Shown here: positions 40,157-53,425 of the stretch, in pieces
How positions within the stretch are numbered: position 1 is the stretch's first letter
Layout: the number at the start of each line of letters is the position of its first letter
Assembly (NCBI GenBank): GCA_965112155.1
Contig: OZ218107.1
Origin: Podarcis liolepis
Lineage: Eukaryota
Strand: one strand, 5' to 3'
Length of the DNA: 64,000 nucleotides
Translations under genes and position numbers: made by a program
Notes under the pieces: generated by a model
The model's input: only the letters and a program-made list of their open reading frames with translations
What the model was told of the DNA's origin: nothing
Database searches by the model: none

Positions 40157-40196
40157 CCTCTCTGTTGCTGCATCATGGACAGGTAACTCCTCTTGG
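40157..40196 (-). CDS. USP6NL: USP6NL exon, (H)QEELPVHDAATER
   Basis: ctttttag|CCAAGAG...GAGAGG|gtaagt; 40 nt; completes the phase-2 codon; resembles recalled human EEELPDHNVAVER. Confidence 0.92.
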
Positions 40197-42324
40197 CTAA
40201 AAAGAAAGGGGAACAGACTATTACTTCCGTTGAATATGAACAAAATAATAGTTTCGAACAGATTGCTACTAATGGAGACTCAGAGGCATGGTGCAGAAGA
40301 TGAAGACTTAAGAGCCAATTGCAAAACATTATGCCACAATATTGTAAGATAATAGAACAGTGGACATATTTGATTACAATCCTCCGTTTGGGGATAAAAC
40401 TCAGGGGAAGCTCAAGTGCATAGGGTGGTGCTCCTTCTACCGTATAACATTCTACAAGGTCTTTAAAGCAGAAAAGTTCATGGGCCTACAATAGAGAGAG
40501 AAGATTACAATGAAGTAGGATGGACAGGTATGTATTAGTCATATAAAACAGTCAAATATTTACTTGGGCTGTATCCAAAAATCTATTTTGACTTTAGCAC
40601 TCAGAAAATTCAATTGAACAATACTTGAAATTAATGACTACGTCATATTCTGTGCTGTGGAATGACTGTTAAATCAGATTTAAACACAGATCGATACCTA
40701 GCGAATCACTTGGGTGGGTGATTTCACAACCCATAAATTAGTTTACAAATCTGCATCCAAGTCACACAAAATAGGAAAATGTTTTTAAAGTCAGAAGCCA
40801 AGATAAAAAGAAGACTGCCTTTCGTTATAAGCAGTTTGGAGTGGTGAAGAAAGACACTTGCCTAGTAATAGGCTTAGAACTGTTGGGTCCTTACACACAC
40901 TCAAACACTCATATATTTATATACTATTTATTTTGGCGAAATAAGCTGAGATATTCATATGCAGCCCCTTACCTCCCTCCTCAACATGCCACAATTAAAC
41001 TTGGAAGTCTGCTATTAATCATAGTTTCCTGTTTCAGTCAAACCAGGAAAAAGTATGTTTACCAGGTTCAGAACAAGCCAAGGTTTAAGATCCTGAGTTG
41101 TTGCCAACCATAGTTCCCAATTAACTATGGTTCATTGAAGACTTCTTAGCTTTCAGCAGTGCACCAAGAAGAAAAGAGGGAAGGAGCAGCACGAAGACAG
41201 TGTGTGCTGCTGGTAAAAGTCTCACGCTTATCTGGGCTTATTAAGCTGACATATAATCATCCAAACTGGGCCAGTGACTTTTGGCTGGGTCAGTATGTGA
41301 AATGATTTTTAAAGAATTGACTGATCTCTACACTGGCTCATGACTCTTAAGGTTTCTTGCCTTCTCCATTTTTTTTGTAGCATGTAATGCTCTTCAACCT
41401 GCAAGAGCTCCCCGCCAAACAGCCATTGTGGTTCTTGTACTCCTTCACTTTTGCTCTTTGCTTGTGACACAGCTGTGTAAAATTAACAGGAGGAGGGCCA
41501 TTGGTAAGGCAGGAATTGTCTGGCTCATACTGTTCCATTAATTTTTTATTTTCAGCTGCATAGAGGCTCTGCATCCAAGTCTCAGCGCATCATAAATAAT
41601 ATGCAATCTTTTGGAAAGGATGATCTGAATGCAAGTATTAATTCAGATGCTCGCTATAGCAATTTACAGCTTACTGCTCACTGACCACGCACACTGCTCA
41701 AGTTCTCAAGATGCACATTCTTATTCCAGCTGAGCAAGCTACGGGGTCGGACTGGGTTGTATTAATTTTACTCCGCCACTTCTCCCGCTGCCACTTCATC
41801 AGTGATTTTAATAATTCAGTATTGCCAGTTGGTGCGTTGCTTAAAATGGGAGAGTGCTGTTCTGCGCAATACAACTGCCATGGGGATGCTCGTTCCCATG
41901 TTGAATCTGCCAAAAAACCACCCAGCTCTATTCTTTAGCAGAACTGACAATACAGTGTCTTGCCCACTGTACACAGCTTTCCCACATCAACCAGCATCCT
42001 CTGATCAAGTTTGGTTGATTTGGTTGGAGGGGGTTTTGGGATGGGGTGGGAGAGAGGAAGTTACTCATTTATATCCCACTTCCCTTCCAAGAAAGCAGCA
42101 CACACAGGGTTCCCTGTGGTCTCCCATCAAAGCACTGACCAGACACTGGCGGTTGCTGTATTGTGCACCCTCTGACTACAGAATTAGGCTTCTACTGTAC
42201 CATATCACCAATGGGCCACAAACATATCACGCTAAATAAGCTACAGTGGTCCCCAAGGGAACCACTACCAACACCCATTTTATTGCATAAGGTTCTTAGT
42301 TTCTGTTCACTGTGGCAAAGGACC

Positions 42325-42495
42325 CTAGTTCTCTGGTAGAGCAGCTGCTTTGCGTGCAGAAGGCCCTTGGTTCAATCCCCAGCGCCTCCAAGTAGGACTG
42401 GGAAAAGCTCCTGCCTAAAACCTTGGAGAGCTGCTGCCAGTCAGTGAAGACAATAGTGAACTAGATGGACTCAGTATAAGGCAGCTTCCTATGTT
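42325..42495 (+). mobile_element. tRNA-derived SINE (Squam3-like)
   Basis: A/B-box-like head (tggtagagca...ggttcaatcccc), body gagagctgctgccagtcag, end aaggcagcttcctatgt; more decayed copies near 18090, 26400, 37110, 39910, 45630 and 57050. Confidence 0.78.
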
Positions 42496-45400
42496 AGGAG
42501 TATCGGGATGGTGTTTATGGTGGTAATTAAATAGTGCTGACATTATCAGGACAAGATTCTAAGTGCTATGGGGTGATTAAATGAAATGAATAGACATCCA
42601 CTAAAGACTATTGCAGCTTAAAAGACTAAATTGTGTCTACATGGAAAGCAATTACATTTATAGCTATCTCTGATGCTCTACTTATTTTAGCTAAGAGAAG
42701 CCCGACTCCAAAGTGTGATACTATTTAAGACACACGTAGCACATATCCAGATGAGAATCAGGCTAAAAACAGAATCTAAACTCAAGTCTCAGGTCCTTAA
42801 AAGTTCGATCTTGCTCACTAAAAGAACGGGGAGAAAAGATATCACGGGGCTTTCACAAAATAATACATTTTAAATTTGGGCCACGGCTTCTATCACCAGA
42901 AGTATTTTGTATCCGAGAGTAGACACCCAACCACAGTAATGTTCCTGTACCACATCATGAGTGGCTGGCAAGTTGCCTCTATGTGTAAAATACACAGAAG
43001 CATGTTATGTAAAGGGAAAAAGGCACATTTGAAATGAACTTCTGTACATCGCTTCAAGGGCTGACGCTTAACTTTCTTTCCAGTGAAACCAATGAGGCTT
43101 TAAAGTGCTCAGCATTGGCTGGGATTGTGCCATTTATAAGCAAATGAAACAGTAAAATAAAAACAAATCAATACACCCTTCAGAATCGAAGAAATAGGTG
43201 TGTCTTTTTCTTCTTGGTAATTTCTACCGCAGTAAAAACTAATGGTAAAACAGATCAGGTCCAAGGATGGAGACTTCTACACACCTGGAGACACTGACCT
43301 CACCAGAAGTAACTGCCTGCTAAAATCTGGTGCACAGAAGTTTAAAATAAAAGGTCAGGCCAACTCTGCACTACTATCTACAAATGTTTTGTGTTGGACT
43401 GTGAGCACAGCTCAAACAAGGACAACCACAGTGGGCCTTATGCTTTAAAACTCCCTTGGCTTGTCAAAATAAATGAATTATGTTAGGTATTTGGGCTGGT
43501 ACGTTACACCCTCCCAGAGTTTTTCAATGGGTACCAATCTGTGTTGTTGTTTTTTAAAGTATGTTTTTAAATACACCATCCTGCACACACACAGTTGCCA
43601 ATTTTAACCCAAGCAGAAATGTCTTGATTTGCTTCCAAAATGTGTTCGAGTGAGGCCTTTGGCAAATGTCCAGGAGAAACTAGCTCCTTGAAAGTTAACC
43701 AGCTGCTGAAAACAGATTGCTATGGTCCTTCAAGGGTGCTCAGACAGTGGTATTACATGGACACTCTTCACTTGATTAGTTGCTCCTAGGCCCCATTTAA
43801 TATTTCAAAGCAAGTCTGCCATGTTTTTATCCGTGTTCCTTGCAGCAAACACAGTATTCACATCCACAACAGACATTTAAAGTACTCTCAAGCCATTTTA
43901 ACAGTCATGGTAAAGAATTCAGGGAACTGTAAGTTTCCCATGGGTGCTGCGAGTTGTCAGCACCCTTGACAAACTATTACTGTTTGTTTGTTAAATCGGT
44001 ACTACAATTCCCAGGATTCTTTGGGGGGAAAGCTAGGAGTCATTGCTTTCCCTCAAAGAATGCTGGGAATTGTAGTACAAATTTAACAAGCGGTGCAAAC
44101 ATGCTTCAAATGTAAGGTGTGGGTGTGACAAGCATGTGGAGAGATGCGCATTTCCAAACTAAACAGCAGATACATATCAATAATCCCACAGTCATTACAT
44201 GTGTCTCCAGCGTATGATCAACATAAATCTCAAGTTGTTTTGAGGCTAGCTTCACCACACTTCAGGAATTTTCTGTATAGATGGTAAACACGTCTGCTGT
44301 TATAACGTTGGAATTGGCGCTATGGAACTCAAAGGCAAAGCTCTACAAGGCTTCACAGAGGAGTTTGTGTTGTTAACTGTTTATTATTTATTTCAGTGCT
44401 CATATCAAGCTGAGTGAGATGCCCCTCCTGTGTCTCCCTTCGCCCACACCCAAATGCTGGAATCTGGTATTCTAACAAGAGCCACAGACCACAAGCCCTA
44501 TTGATGCCTGTCCCTGTTATGCTCTCTCCTCTCATTTCAGATATTCTTCTAACATAGATAATAGATAAGTGGGAACAGAGCAATGAGAGTGCGGTTGTAT
44601 CAATGGCGAAGTGGAATTTTTAGATCCTTGCAGCCAGGGAATACCAAGCTTTACATCTCCTGTTTGTAAAGTGTGTGTTTTTCAATTCCCCTCCTTCTCT
44701 CCTCCGCAGTGTGTGTGCACTCCTGCCCACACCACAACTCTCAAGAGGCTTTGGCTGTTTGCAGGCAAAGTCTGCCTACACAAATCAATCTCTGTTGGTG
44801 CAGCTTATGAATATACAGTAACAGGAGTCTGCATGCCTCTATGAACTATGCAGGCCCACTCCACGGGTTGCATAACAGCAAGCACAGTGGAATCAAAAAG
44901 AGGAGGGAGGAAAGTTCAAAGTTGCCCCATATCCTTACGCAAACAGAATACAACCTCACGGCCTATCTCCAAGACAACTCATCTTCCAAGGGATAGTGGA
45001 GATGCAGATGTTGATCGTATCTCAAGTCCACATTATTGGCACTACCAATATGTGTGTGCTCTTTCAGAAGCAGAGAAAGAAAAAGCCCAAATGTAGTGAC
45101 CAGGGGCTACCTTATAAAGGGAGGCAGAATAATTTCAGCACATAAAGCTTCTCTCATCTCCACAAGCTGCACCCACAAAATCTCCTATATTAAAGGTAAA
45201 GGATCCCAGCTGCCCTCTATCATATCTCATCATATTGGAAAGATGTGAAAGGAAGATGATAGATGACAGACAAACAGACAGATATAGAGTGGATACAAGG
45301 TTTACAAAGCCTGAAGACAACTGATGTAGTCCATTTCTCCCTGACATAGTGAACTGTAACGGTTAAAAGTCTGGAGCTGAAAAGGTGTCACATCAAATCT

Positions 45401-46087
45401 TGCCTCAGCTATGAATTCACTAGGTGCAGAGGCCCTAAAATAGGGAGGGAGCCGTTTTCTCCTTTACAAAACCTGGTGCAGTATTACTAAGAGGCCCAGG
45501 CCAGCACCCTCTCGGATCCTGCACAAATCTCTTCACTTAGGCAGGCAAATCACTCCTCCCCAGCCTCAATCTTCCAAGTGCAATAGGGGTAGAATGATAA
45601 ATTACTTTATTATAGGATTTAGGACCATAATAGCTCAGTTCCAGAGCACATGACTTTGGCATGCCTTCAATCCCTGGCACCTGCAGTTAAAAAGATCAGC
45701 TAGCAGGTGAATAGGAAAGACCTTAGAGAGCCACTGCCTGTCAGAGTAGACATCAGGAGGGCGACAATTTGGTATAGCTCCCTCTGTTCCTATTGTTATA
45801 AGGATTGAGATACTGTATACATTACAAATGCCACTATCTTGTTTCCCCAAGATCTATATTTGGAGATTGTGGGAATATGGGAGGCATAGCATCTGCCCTA
45901 TATTTCTCCTTGGCTGGGTCTACACATGCAGGGGAATGAAGTGGTGAATTGGGCCGAACTATTTCACACCTCTTTTGAATGCTTTAACAATTACTTGCAA
46001 GTAGAAAACTAGCTCAGCAGGTAGGGGGCTGAGCAAAAACCTCTCTCTGCTATGCTAGTTTTCTTCCTACAGGGATATACAAGCAGC

Positions 46088-46483
46088 CAGCGGCGTAGCG
46101 TGGGTTGTCAGCACACGGGGCAAGGCAAGTAATTTGCGCCCCCTAACCCCTAACCTGCTGCCGCTGCCAGCTTCTTCTTGCTGCTGCCTGGTCTGGTCTG
46201 GTGTGGCTCTCTCCCGCGCTCAGCGCTGCACTGGGCGGCCGCTGCACTGTCCCTCCCCCAGATAGTCCCTCGCTCTCTCTCCGCACCGCACACCTGGCAC
46301 CCACCCCCTCCACCATGGGCGGCGACCCAGCAGCTCAGATCGGATTCGCACAGCCAGCACTGCAGTGAGAGAGAGTGAGTGAGCCAGGTAGGGGCAGAGA
46401 GATGCGAGTGCGAGCGCCCCCCCCCCCCCGATGTTGCGCCCGGTGCGGCCGGGCCACCCTGCACTCCCCACGCTACGCCACTG
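46088..46483. mobile_element. GC-rich hAT-type MITE
   Basis: CAGCGGCGTAGCGTGGG ... CCCACGCTACGCCACTG; 8-bp flanks CAAGCAGC / CATGCAGC. Confidence 0.85.
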
Positions 46484-48481
46484 CATGCAGCAGAGCCTTC
46501 AAGAATGCTATCACCCACCTGCAGTATCAAATAGTACGTCAAAGAGTATAGCCACTTCATGATTCTACCACATGCTTTCTGTCGCATGTGTAGATCAGGC
46601 TTGAACTACGGGATGTTCCACATTTCGTCAAGATGAGAAACACCATGCAATCCAGGGATTGTTACATACACATCAATGAAGGAAGTGGATCCAAATCTCT
46701 ATAATGACAGGGCTTAAGTAAAAATACCCACATAATGGTTTAAAAATCCAAGCATTTTGCAAACTTCATTTCCCTAAAGCTCTCCTCGAAGATATGTGTT
46801 CCAAAGGGAAATTGAAGGAGGGAAATAAAAGGAATTGCCAAAAGGGAGTCACAGCAAGTCAGTGGATCATCTGTTCTTCCAAGTCTTGCAAAAGAGAGAC
46901 AGCTAGCTATTAGTACCTGAGTACAAATTCTGTCTGCTGGAAGTCCTACATATTCAATGCCTTGCTTAAATATTTAAAGCATGCATTTGCTGTATTATAT
47001 TTAACCTGTTGGTCACCATGAAGGCCAGAAAGTTGATTTAAAAAATAATAATAACCAAAAAAGCAGGTTCACAATATGCGAAGTCCTGTAGAATGAGACA
47101 CGTTTCAGTGCAAAATTTGTCTAATGGAAAATAAAGCCTCTTACGAATAGAGAAATGTAATATTACCATACCATTCTAATGACTGAGCATAGGGAAAAGA
47201 ACAGTGCAAATACCAAGGCTTCTCCAGCACATAAGCAGCATTTCGGGAAAAGCCAGATTTTCAGAAGAATGTGCTTTATTGAGGGAAGCACATTGAGAAT
47301 AGATTTGAAGTGATGAATGGAGCTAGATCTTTAAATTTATTACACACACAGAGGCAGCTGGTGCTGGTTTTCATACATCTTTCAAAAAAAATGTGTCAAA
47401 AGCAACACTCGCATTACTCATCGGTTAAGACTATTACAGAAGCTGGCTCAAATCTTATAACATCCAATTCTGTAACTCACCCAGATATATGGCCATGGCC
47501 ATTATTATAGGAGGCCATTTTTCATAATTAAGGAGTTTTATCCCAGCAAGCGAAGCTACGAAAGGGCTGCATCAGAAAGAAGGGCAAAGTTTTCCCACAC
47601 AAGTTGTATCTCAGGCTTATATTGTACGCTTATTTCAGAATGACAGCTGCCCCAATACAGGGACCAACACATGCTGAAATGTATTCCTTGGGACAGGGTT
47701 GCGCAAATGTCCTTCAAACATAGGTCCTTATCATACATGGTCTGCAAATGTAGGATTTGACCACCACTATAGTCAGATTTGCTACAGAAATAGCAAGGTG
47801 CTTAGAAACGGGGCATGGTGCCTCTGGGAGGGTGATACGCGATATAAAAGCTGATCCTACCACCTCATCAGAACTGAGGCAATATATAAAAATTCTGGAG
47901 GTGCCCACTTTCACTAGAGAAATTCCAAATGTCAAGTGACAAGTTATATAGGCTCATTAAATGCAGTATTAGATTTACAGACACCTCTGACTTAGCTGGG
48001 ATTGGTTTTTTGTAAGAGCCTGCTCAGTTTACTGCATTTTAAAGCAAATACATGCCCCTGAGGAATAGGGATAAAGCATTTGATGCCAACACAAACCCAG
48101 GAATGCCCAAACAATGCATCTTCTTTTAAAACAACATATTAGGCCCTCCCCACCCATATAATAATAAAGTATTCTAACTCTTATTATTGAGGACCCTCTG
48201 TCTATTTAAATGCTCACACTAAAATTACATCATTGAGTCAGGGTCATTGTTTACTTTTCTACTGTTGTGTTCTGAAAAAGTGTTACACTATCACTATTAC
48301 TATTACTATACAGTACTTTATGGGCTAACTTTTAAATGCCTGATAAAAATGTCTCTATTCCACCAGGTCTGTGCCGGCAATTAAGAGTCCCTAAGAAGGG
48401 TCTATTGATGTTTGCTTTTAACTTCTTTTTGTTTTAACTTCTTTTTATTTTTTTATAAGTTTATTGTTTGGTTTTATGTTT

Positions 48482-48526
48482 CCCGGAAAGCTGTCTGTGG
48501 ACAAACGCCGGCTCCCTCAGCCTGAA
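48482..48526 (+). mobile_element. Sauria SINE fragment (left part, interrupted by the LINE)
   Basis: cccggaaagctgtctgtggacaaacgccggctccctcagcctgaa; continues at 49625. Confidence 0.8.
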
Positions 48527-49626
48527 TAGAATAGAATAGAATAGAATAGATTCTTTATTGTCATTACACAAGTGCAACATTGCACAAAGTGCAACGAAAT
48601 TGGATGCCATCCCTTAAAACAACAAAAGCAAAACAACAACAACAACCAAACAAACCACATTCCAGCCACACCCACACCACACCCATCAAACTCCCAGGTC
48701 ACACTATCGAGTTACAGCATTCAAAAAGGCCACAGCTCTTGGATAGAAACTGTTTTTCAGTCTATTTGTCTTTGACTTGATGTTTCTATATCTCCTGCCA
48801 GAAGGCAGTAGTGCAAACAGACAGTGTCCCGGGTGAGATGAATCCTGCAGGATGTTATTTGCTTTCCTAAGACAACGGGAACTGTATAGTTCTTCCAAAG
48901 ATGGGAGAGGATGACCAATAATCTTTTGGGCTGTGGTTATGACCTTCTGGAGCACCTTCCTCTCCCTAGCTGTACAACTGGAGAACCAAGCACAAATACA
49001 GTATGTAAGAATGCTCTCTATGGAGCCTCGGTAGAAGGACACCAGCAGTCTCTCACTCAGATTGTTCTTCTTTAAAAGTCTGAGGAAATAAATTCTCTGC
49101 TGGGCCTTCTTCACCAGAGCAGTGGTATGTGCGCTCCAAGTCATGCCCTGATCGATAGCTACTCCCAAAAACCTGAATTCCGCCACCCTCTCCACCCGTT
49201 CCCCGTTGATATACAAGGGCTGAATGTCCACCTTTTTTTTCCTGTAATCCACCACCAATTCCTTGGTCTTAGCCGTATTAAGAGCCAGATTGTTCTCTCC
49301 ACACCAAACACAGAGCCGCTCCACCTCGTCCCGATAGGCGGACTCATCCCCTCCTGAAATGAGCCCTACCACCGTAGTGTCATCAGCAAACTTGATGATT
49401 TTGTTGCTGGAATAGATGGCTGTACAGTCATACGTATAGAGAGTGTAGAGCAGGGGACTCAACACACAACCCTGTGGTGAGCCGGTGTTAAGGCTAAGGG
49501 CTGTGGACATGTGTGACCCTACTCTAACCCTCTGGGAACGTTCTGACAAAAAATCCAAAACCCAGAGACAGGTGGAGTTGGAGAGTCCAATCGCCTCTAG
49601 CTTGGACACCAGTCTATGGGGGAGGA
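48524..49626 (-). mobile_element. 5'-truncated Rex1/Babar-type LINE; stop-free RT C-terminal half (in ORF 48704-49645), 3' UTR and (CTATT)n tail
   Basis: GSPQGCVLSPLLYTLYT, KFADDTTVVG, KKAQQRIYFLRLLK, HPGHCLFALLPSGRRYR, SFYPRAV; AATAAA at 48554-48559 (-), then the pentanucleotide tail. Confidence 0.93.
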
Positions 49627-49956
49627 AGCGAGATGAGTGCCGCACCCCATAGTCGCCTTTGACTAGACTTAACCGTCCAGGGGTCCTTTACCTTTCCTGT
49701 TGCTCAGTCCCTGCTCCTGCTAACCCAGCAGTTCGAAAGCATGTCAAAGTGCAAGTAGATAAATAGGTACCGCTCTGGCGGGAAGGTAAACGGTGCTTCC
49801 ATGCGCTGCTCTGGTTCACCAGAAGCGGCTTAGTCATGCTGGCCACATGACCTGGAAGCTGTACGCCGGCTCCCTCGGCCTATAGAACGAGATGAGCACT
49901 GCAACCCCAGAGTCGGTCACAACTGGACCTAATGGTCAGGGGTCCCTTTACCTTTA
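49625..49956 (+). mobile_element. 3' part of the interrupted Sauria SINE (to ~49695), directly followed by a second, 5'-truncated Sauria SINE
   Basis: gaagcgagatgagtgccgca...cctttaccttt, then cctgttgctcagtccctgctcctgc...ggtccctttaccttt. Confidence 0.9.
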
Positions 49957-50929
49957 TTGACCTAGGATAACAAGGTAAGGACTGAGCAAAGGCCATCAGC
50001 TCCTTAGATATTTTTTTTAATGAATTACCTGGAAATAGCTGGAATCTCAGGATAGCAATGGGATTAAGATTAGAACACTGAAGTCTACACCACTGAAGCC
50101 TATTGTGCACACAAAAAGGAGAAGGAACAGAAAAGCATATAGCTGTGCTGATCAAAATATTCCTTTATAAAGTTAGATTAAAAAAGAGAAGTCAATTATT
50201 TCACTTGGAGACATTTAATGTACTTCAGTTCTGAATAAAATCTATTTCTTTGGCTCATTATTTTCATTTTCCCACCTGCTGCTACAATGTATTGCATTTA
50301 AATAATAAAGTGTGATAGAAAGAAGGGTACATGCCAGCCTCTTAGCATGACACAGAAGACAGATTTCTATTGCCTGATGTATGCCCCAGGCAGAGCCATA
50401 ATCCGTTGCATTAGCAATCCCTTCTCAAAACATGTTCAGCACTTTAACGAACTCTCACAAGCTAGCAGATAAAATTATACTTTGGATCATTGGCTTGAGA
50501 AAAGAGAAGCAGCTCTGCCAAAATTGCTGGAGCTGCGCCTGTTGATACAAACCAATAATGTAAAGCTTTGGGGGGCAATAAGACTGGAAGGAAGATTAGG
50601 TCTGTCAAAGAAAAAGGAAAAAGAAAAGCAGGCACTACCATCCCTAGTTATTGCATGTACATTTGTTCAAACCATGGGGGGTGGACCCTTCCACACTTGT
50701 TCTCCAGTAGGGAGTGATGGGCAAAATCATCAAGGGGTGTAAGAATAGCCTTTGAAATTGTGCATTTCATTATTCCAGGCCAGAAATGAAATGTTCCTGT
50801 TTGTTAAACGTGCTCCTTTGCTGAATTTCTTTTCATTGATTTCAATGCACTTGTGGTCCCTTCATCCTGCCCTCTAGGGAAAGCTCCTCAAATAGTGTCT
50901 TCAGGTCTAGAAGAGGTGGCTGTGGTATT

Positions 50930-51640
50930 TATTTTCATTATATAACAATTACCGGGGGGGGGGGGGATTCCAATTTATCCCTTCCCCTACCCCATGCCGG
51001 ACGAATCAGTGTATTTAACTTTGCCAAAGTCTGCTGTGTGAATTTGGTGGTTGCCATTCTTCAGGGTTATCAGAAAAGTATTTCATAAACGGATTCCATA
51101 TTTCAACAAAAGCATCTACGTCAATTGTATTATTCAATGCATGTAATCTCTTTGTTAATTGTTCTGATACAGCAATAGGTCACGCATTTGGTTTCCAATG
51201 AGAGATACACAGATGTTCCAATCCTTGCCAATTCTGTGCCACTCGTATGCATGCTAAGAAATTAGTTCTTCATAACGAAGATCAGATTGCCCTTCTTTAA
51301 AAAATAGTTAATAATCCCAAATTTGGGGTACTTTCCACTTGTTAACCCGTAATACAGCTTATTTCTGTACATATCCTCTGCCAGAAGTGTTTTATATGTT
51401 CCCACATCCACCACATGTGAAATGCTGTGCCCATACTATTACAGCCTCTCCAGCATAATGGCAAGATTGTTTCATTAATATAGCTACATGGTAATGGTGT
51501 CAAATGCCACCACTGTGATAATTTTAATGTATTTTCTTGTATACGAGTAGATACTGATTTTAGTGGGTTTGTTTACCCCACAAATTAACCCAATCCAGCT
51601 CCGTGGTCTCTCTTAGGTTGCCCTGGTGCTTTTGAGTGTA
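50930..51640 (-). mobile_element. Degraded L1-clade LINE, 3' end of ORF2
   Basis: Manual translation: KLSQWWHLTP...CWRGCNSMGTAFHMWW..HIKHFWQRI (decayed zinc knuckle) and terminal AFVEIWNPFMKY; contains stops; boundaries approximate. Confidence 0.8.
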
Positions 51641-53425
51641 AATTTGCCATTGTTTCTCTTTTACAATCTTTATTTGTTTCAGAAGCCTCAATTTCCATGT
51701 GCCCGGCTGTTTTTGGGACGGTAAGAGGTCAAGTTATTGAGGACCAAGGCCATTTCTGTATTGCTGAGTGTCGCAGGTCCAAGTCCGAAGGAGAAAGGAA
51801 TTATCTGGCACACAACCTATTCAGGATGGAATGGCACCATGCTGGCTGACACCCAACCCCATCCCTGACACAGATATTGCAGCTGCACCAGTTTAGAGCA
51901 GCAACTGGCATAGATCCAATACGCAGCCCATTTTTAAATTTGCACTGTTGGAGATGTCACCGAACACTGCAACTTTGGAGCTGTCTGGTCAGTCCTAGAG
52001 AGAACAGAGATCTCCACTTTGCAAGTTAGAGGCAGCTAACTTGGGAGATGGGAGAAATCAAACTTTGCCCCACACACATTTAATTGGTTCATTTTCACGG
52101 GCAGAAGCACCACAAGGTACCATGGCCCTTTAGACATGCCCTGAACCCCCCTAGGTATGGCAGTAGCAATAGAGAACTAGTCACCCACTAAACATTCAGC
52201 GGCTGAAAATATAGAAGGACAACGTGACAGAAATAGAACTTGTGCATCATATATCCGCTGCATTTGGGTAAGCCACAAGCCTTCTCCCCATACATTTGCC
52301 CATGCACGCATCTCTATTCTTGGACCACACACAGGTTTTAAAGTAGCAACATCAGCCAAATCTCATAGCATGGGAAAATGCAGCTCGTGTAGTTTCCTTT
52401 GAAAGCAGGGATCTGTTTTCTACTAGCTGCTCTGAGAATTCAACTAATTTGAGCATAAAATAATCTGAGTAATGCAAAATGCTAGAGCAAAGACCATTAA
52501 ATGGAGTATTACATAAGGTTTGCCCACACCTAATTTTTTTTTGGGGGGGGGTGTTTTTGTTTTACTTACGGGTGCTTAACTTTGCAACTGTGACATACTA
52601 TTAACATGATGGATTTCTGCATTTTTATAGCAAATACATCTGATTCACTTAAGAGCCCTATCTGTAGCAATATATTCCACAGGTTCATTTTAAAATTAGA
52701 ACACAAGTAAATTTTGTTCTTTTGCCGGTCCCCAACCAGCACATTCAAATTCAGCATTACCATAAAATTGAATTTTAATAATTGATAATATTCCAGAGGC
52801 CAGTTAGTTACAACAACTAGTGGCAATGAAGCATATTAGATTCTAAAACTTTGCAAGTAAAAATGTTCACACAGAATAGATGACTACAACCATCTTTGGA
52901 AGTGGAGTTCCACAGTGGTATTTAAGTTAGCTCCATTGAAAAGAACTAAAACAAGTCTTTCCCACTGCAGTCTGCATCCCCCAAACTTTGTGCAGGACAT
53001 ACAAATATGCTCTGAGATATGCAGTTACTCATTCCTGACTCCTTCAGATCAAGAGTTTTAAGTTTTAAGACCACTGATAATCAGTGGGTCTTCCCTGATA
53101 GACAATTACAACTAAAGTCAGAATTTAACTACTTTCACTTGATTTCCAGAATAGCTGCTTTTGTCTGTTGAACTAAAAAGAAAAGAAAAATGTTGACCAA
53201 CTTAATCAATTCCACTGACACTTACTTTTGAGTACATCTGCGTGGGACTGGGAATTCTGTGGTTTCCATGGTGAAAACTGAAGCAGGCGTTCTTTAATGC
53301 AGATTAGTTAAATGCAAAACACTTTTGCCTCTGGCTCCACCCTTCGGCTGCTGTGGCTCCACCTACACCCCTACCAAATTCAGCACTCGAATGTTTGCCC
53401 AGTCCTGACATCATGGAATAAGATA

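Noticed and set aside
46088-46483. CpG-island-like GC-rich patch (possible promoter)
   Set aside because: Bounded exactly by TIRs and an 8-bp TSD, so it is a MITE
48704-49645. 313-aa ORF as a host gene or a bacterial-type RT system
   Set aside because: It is a 5'-truncated LINE RT; its apparent start (MRHSSRF) is read from flanking SINE sequence
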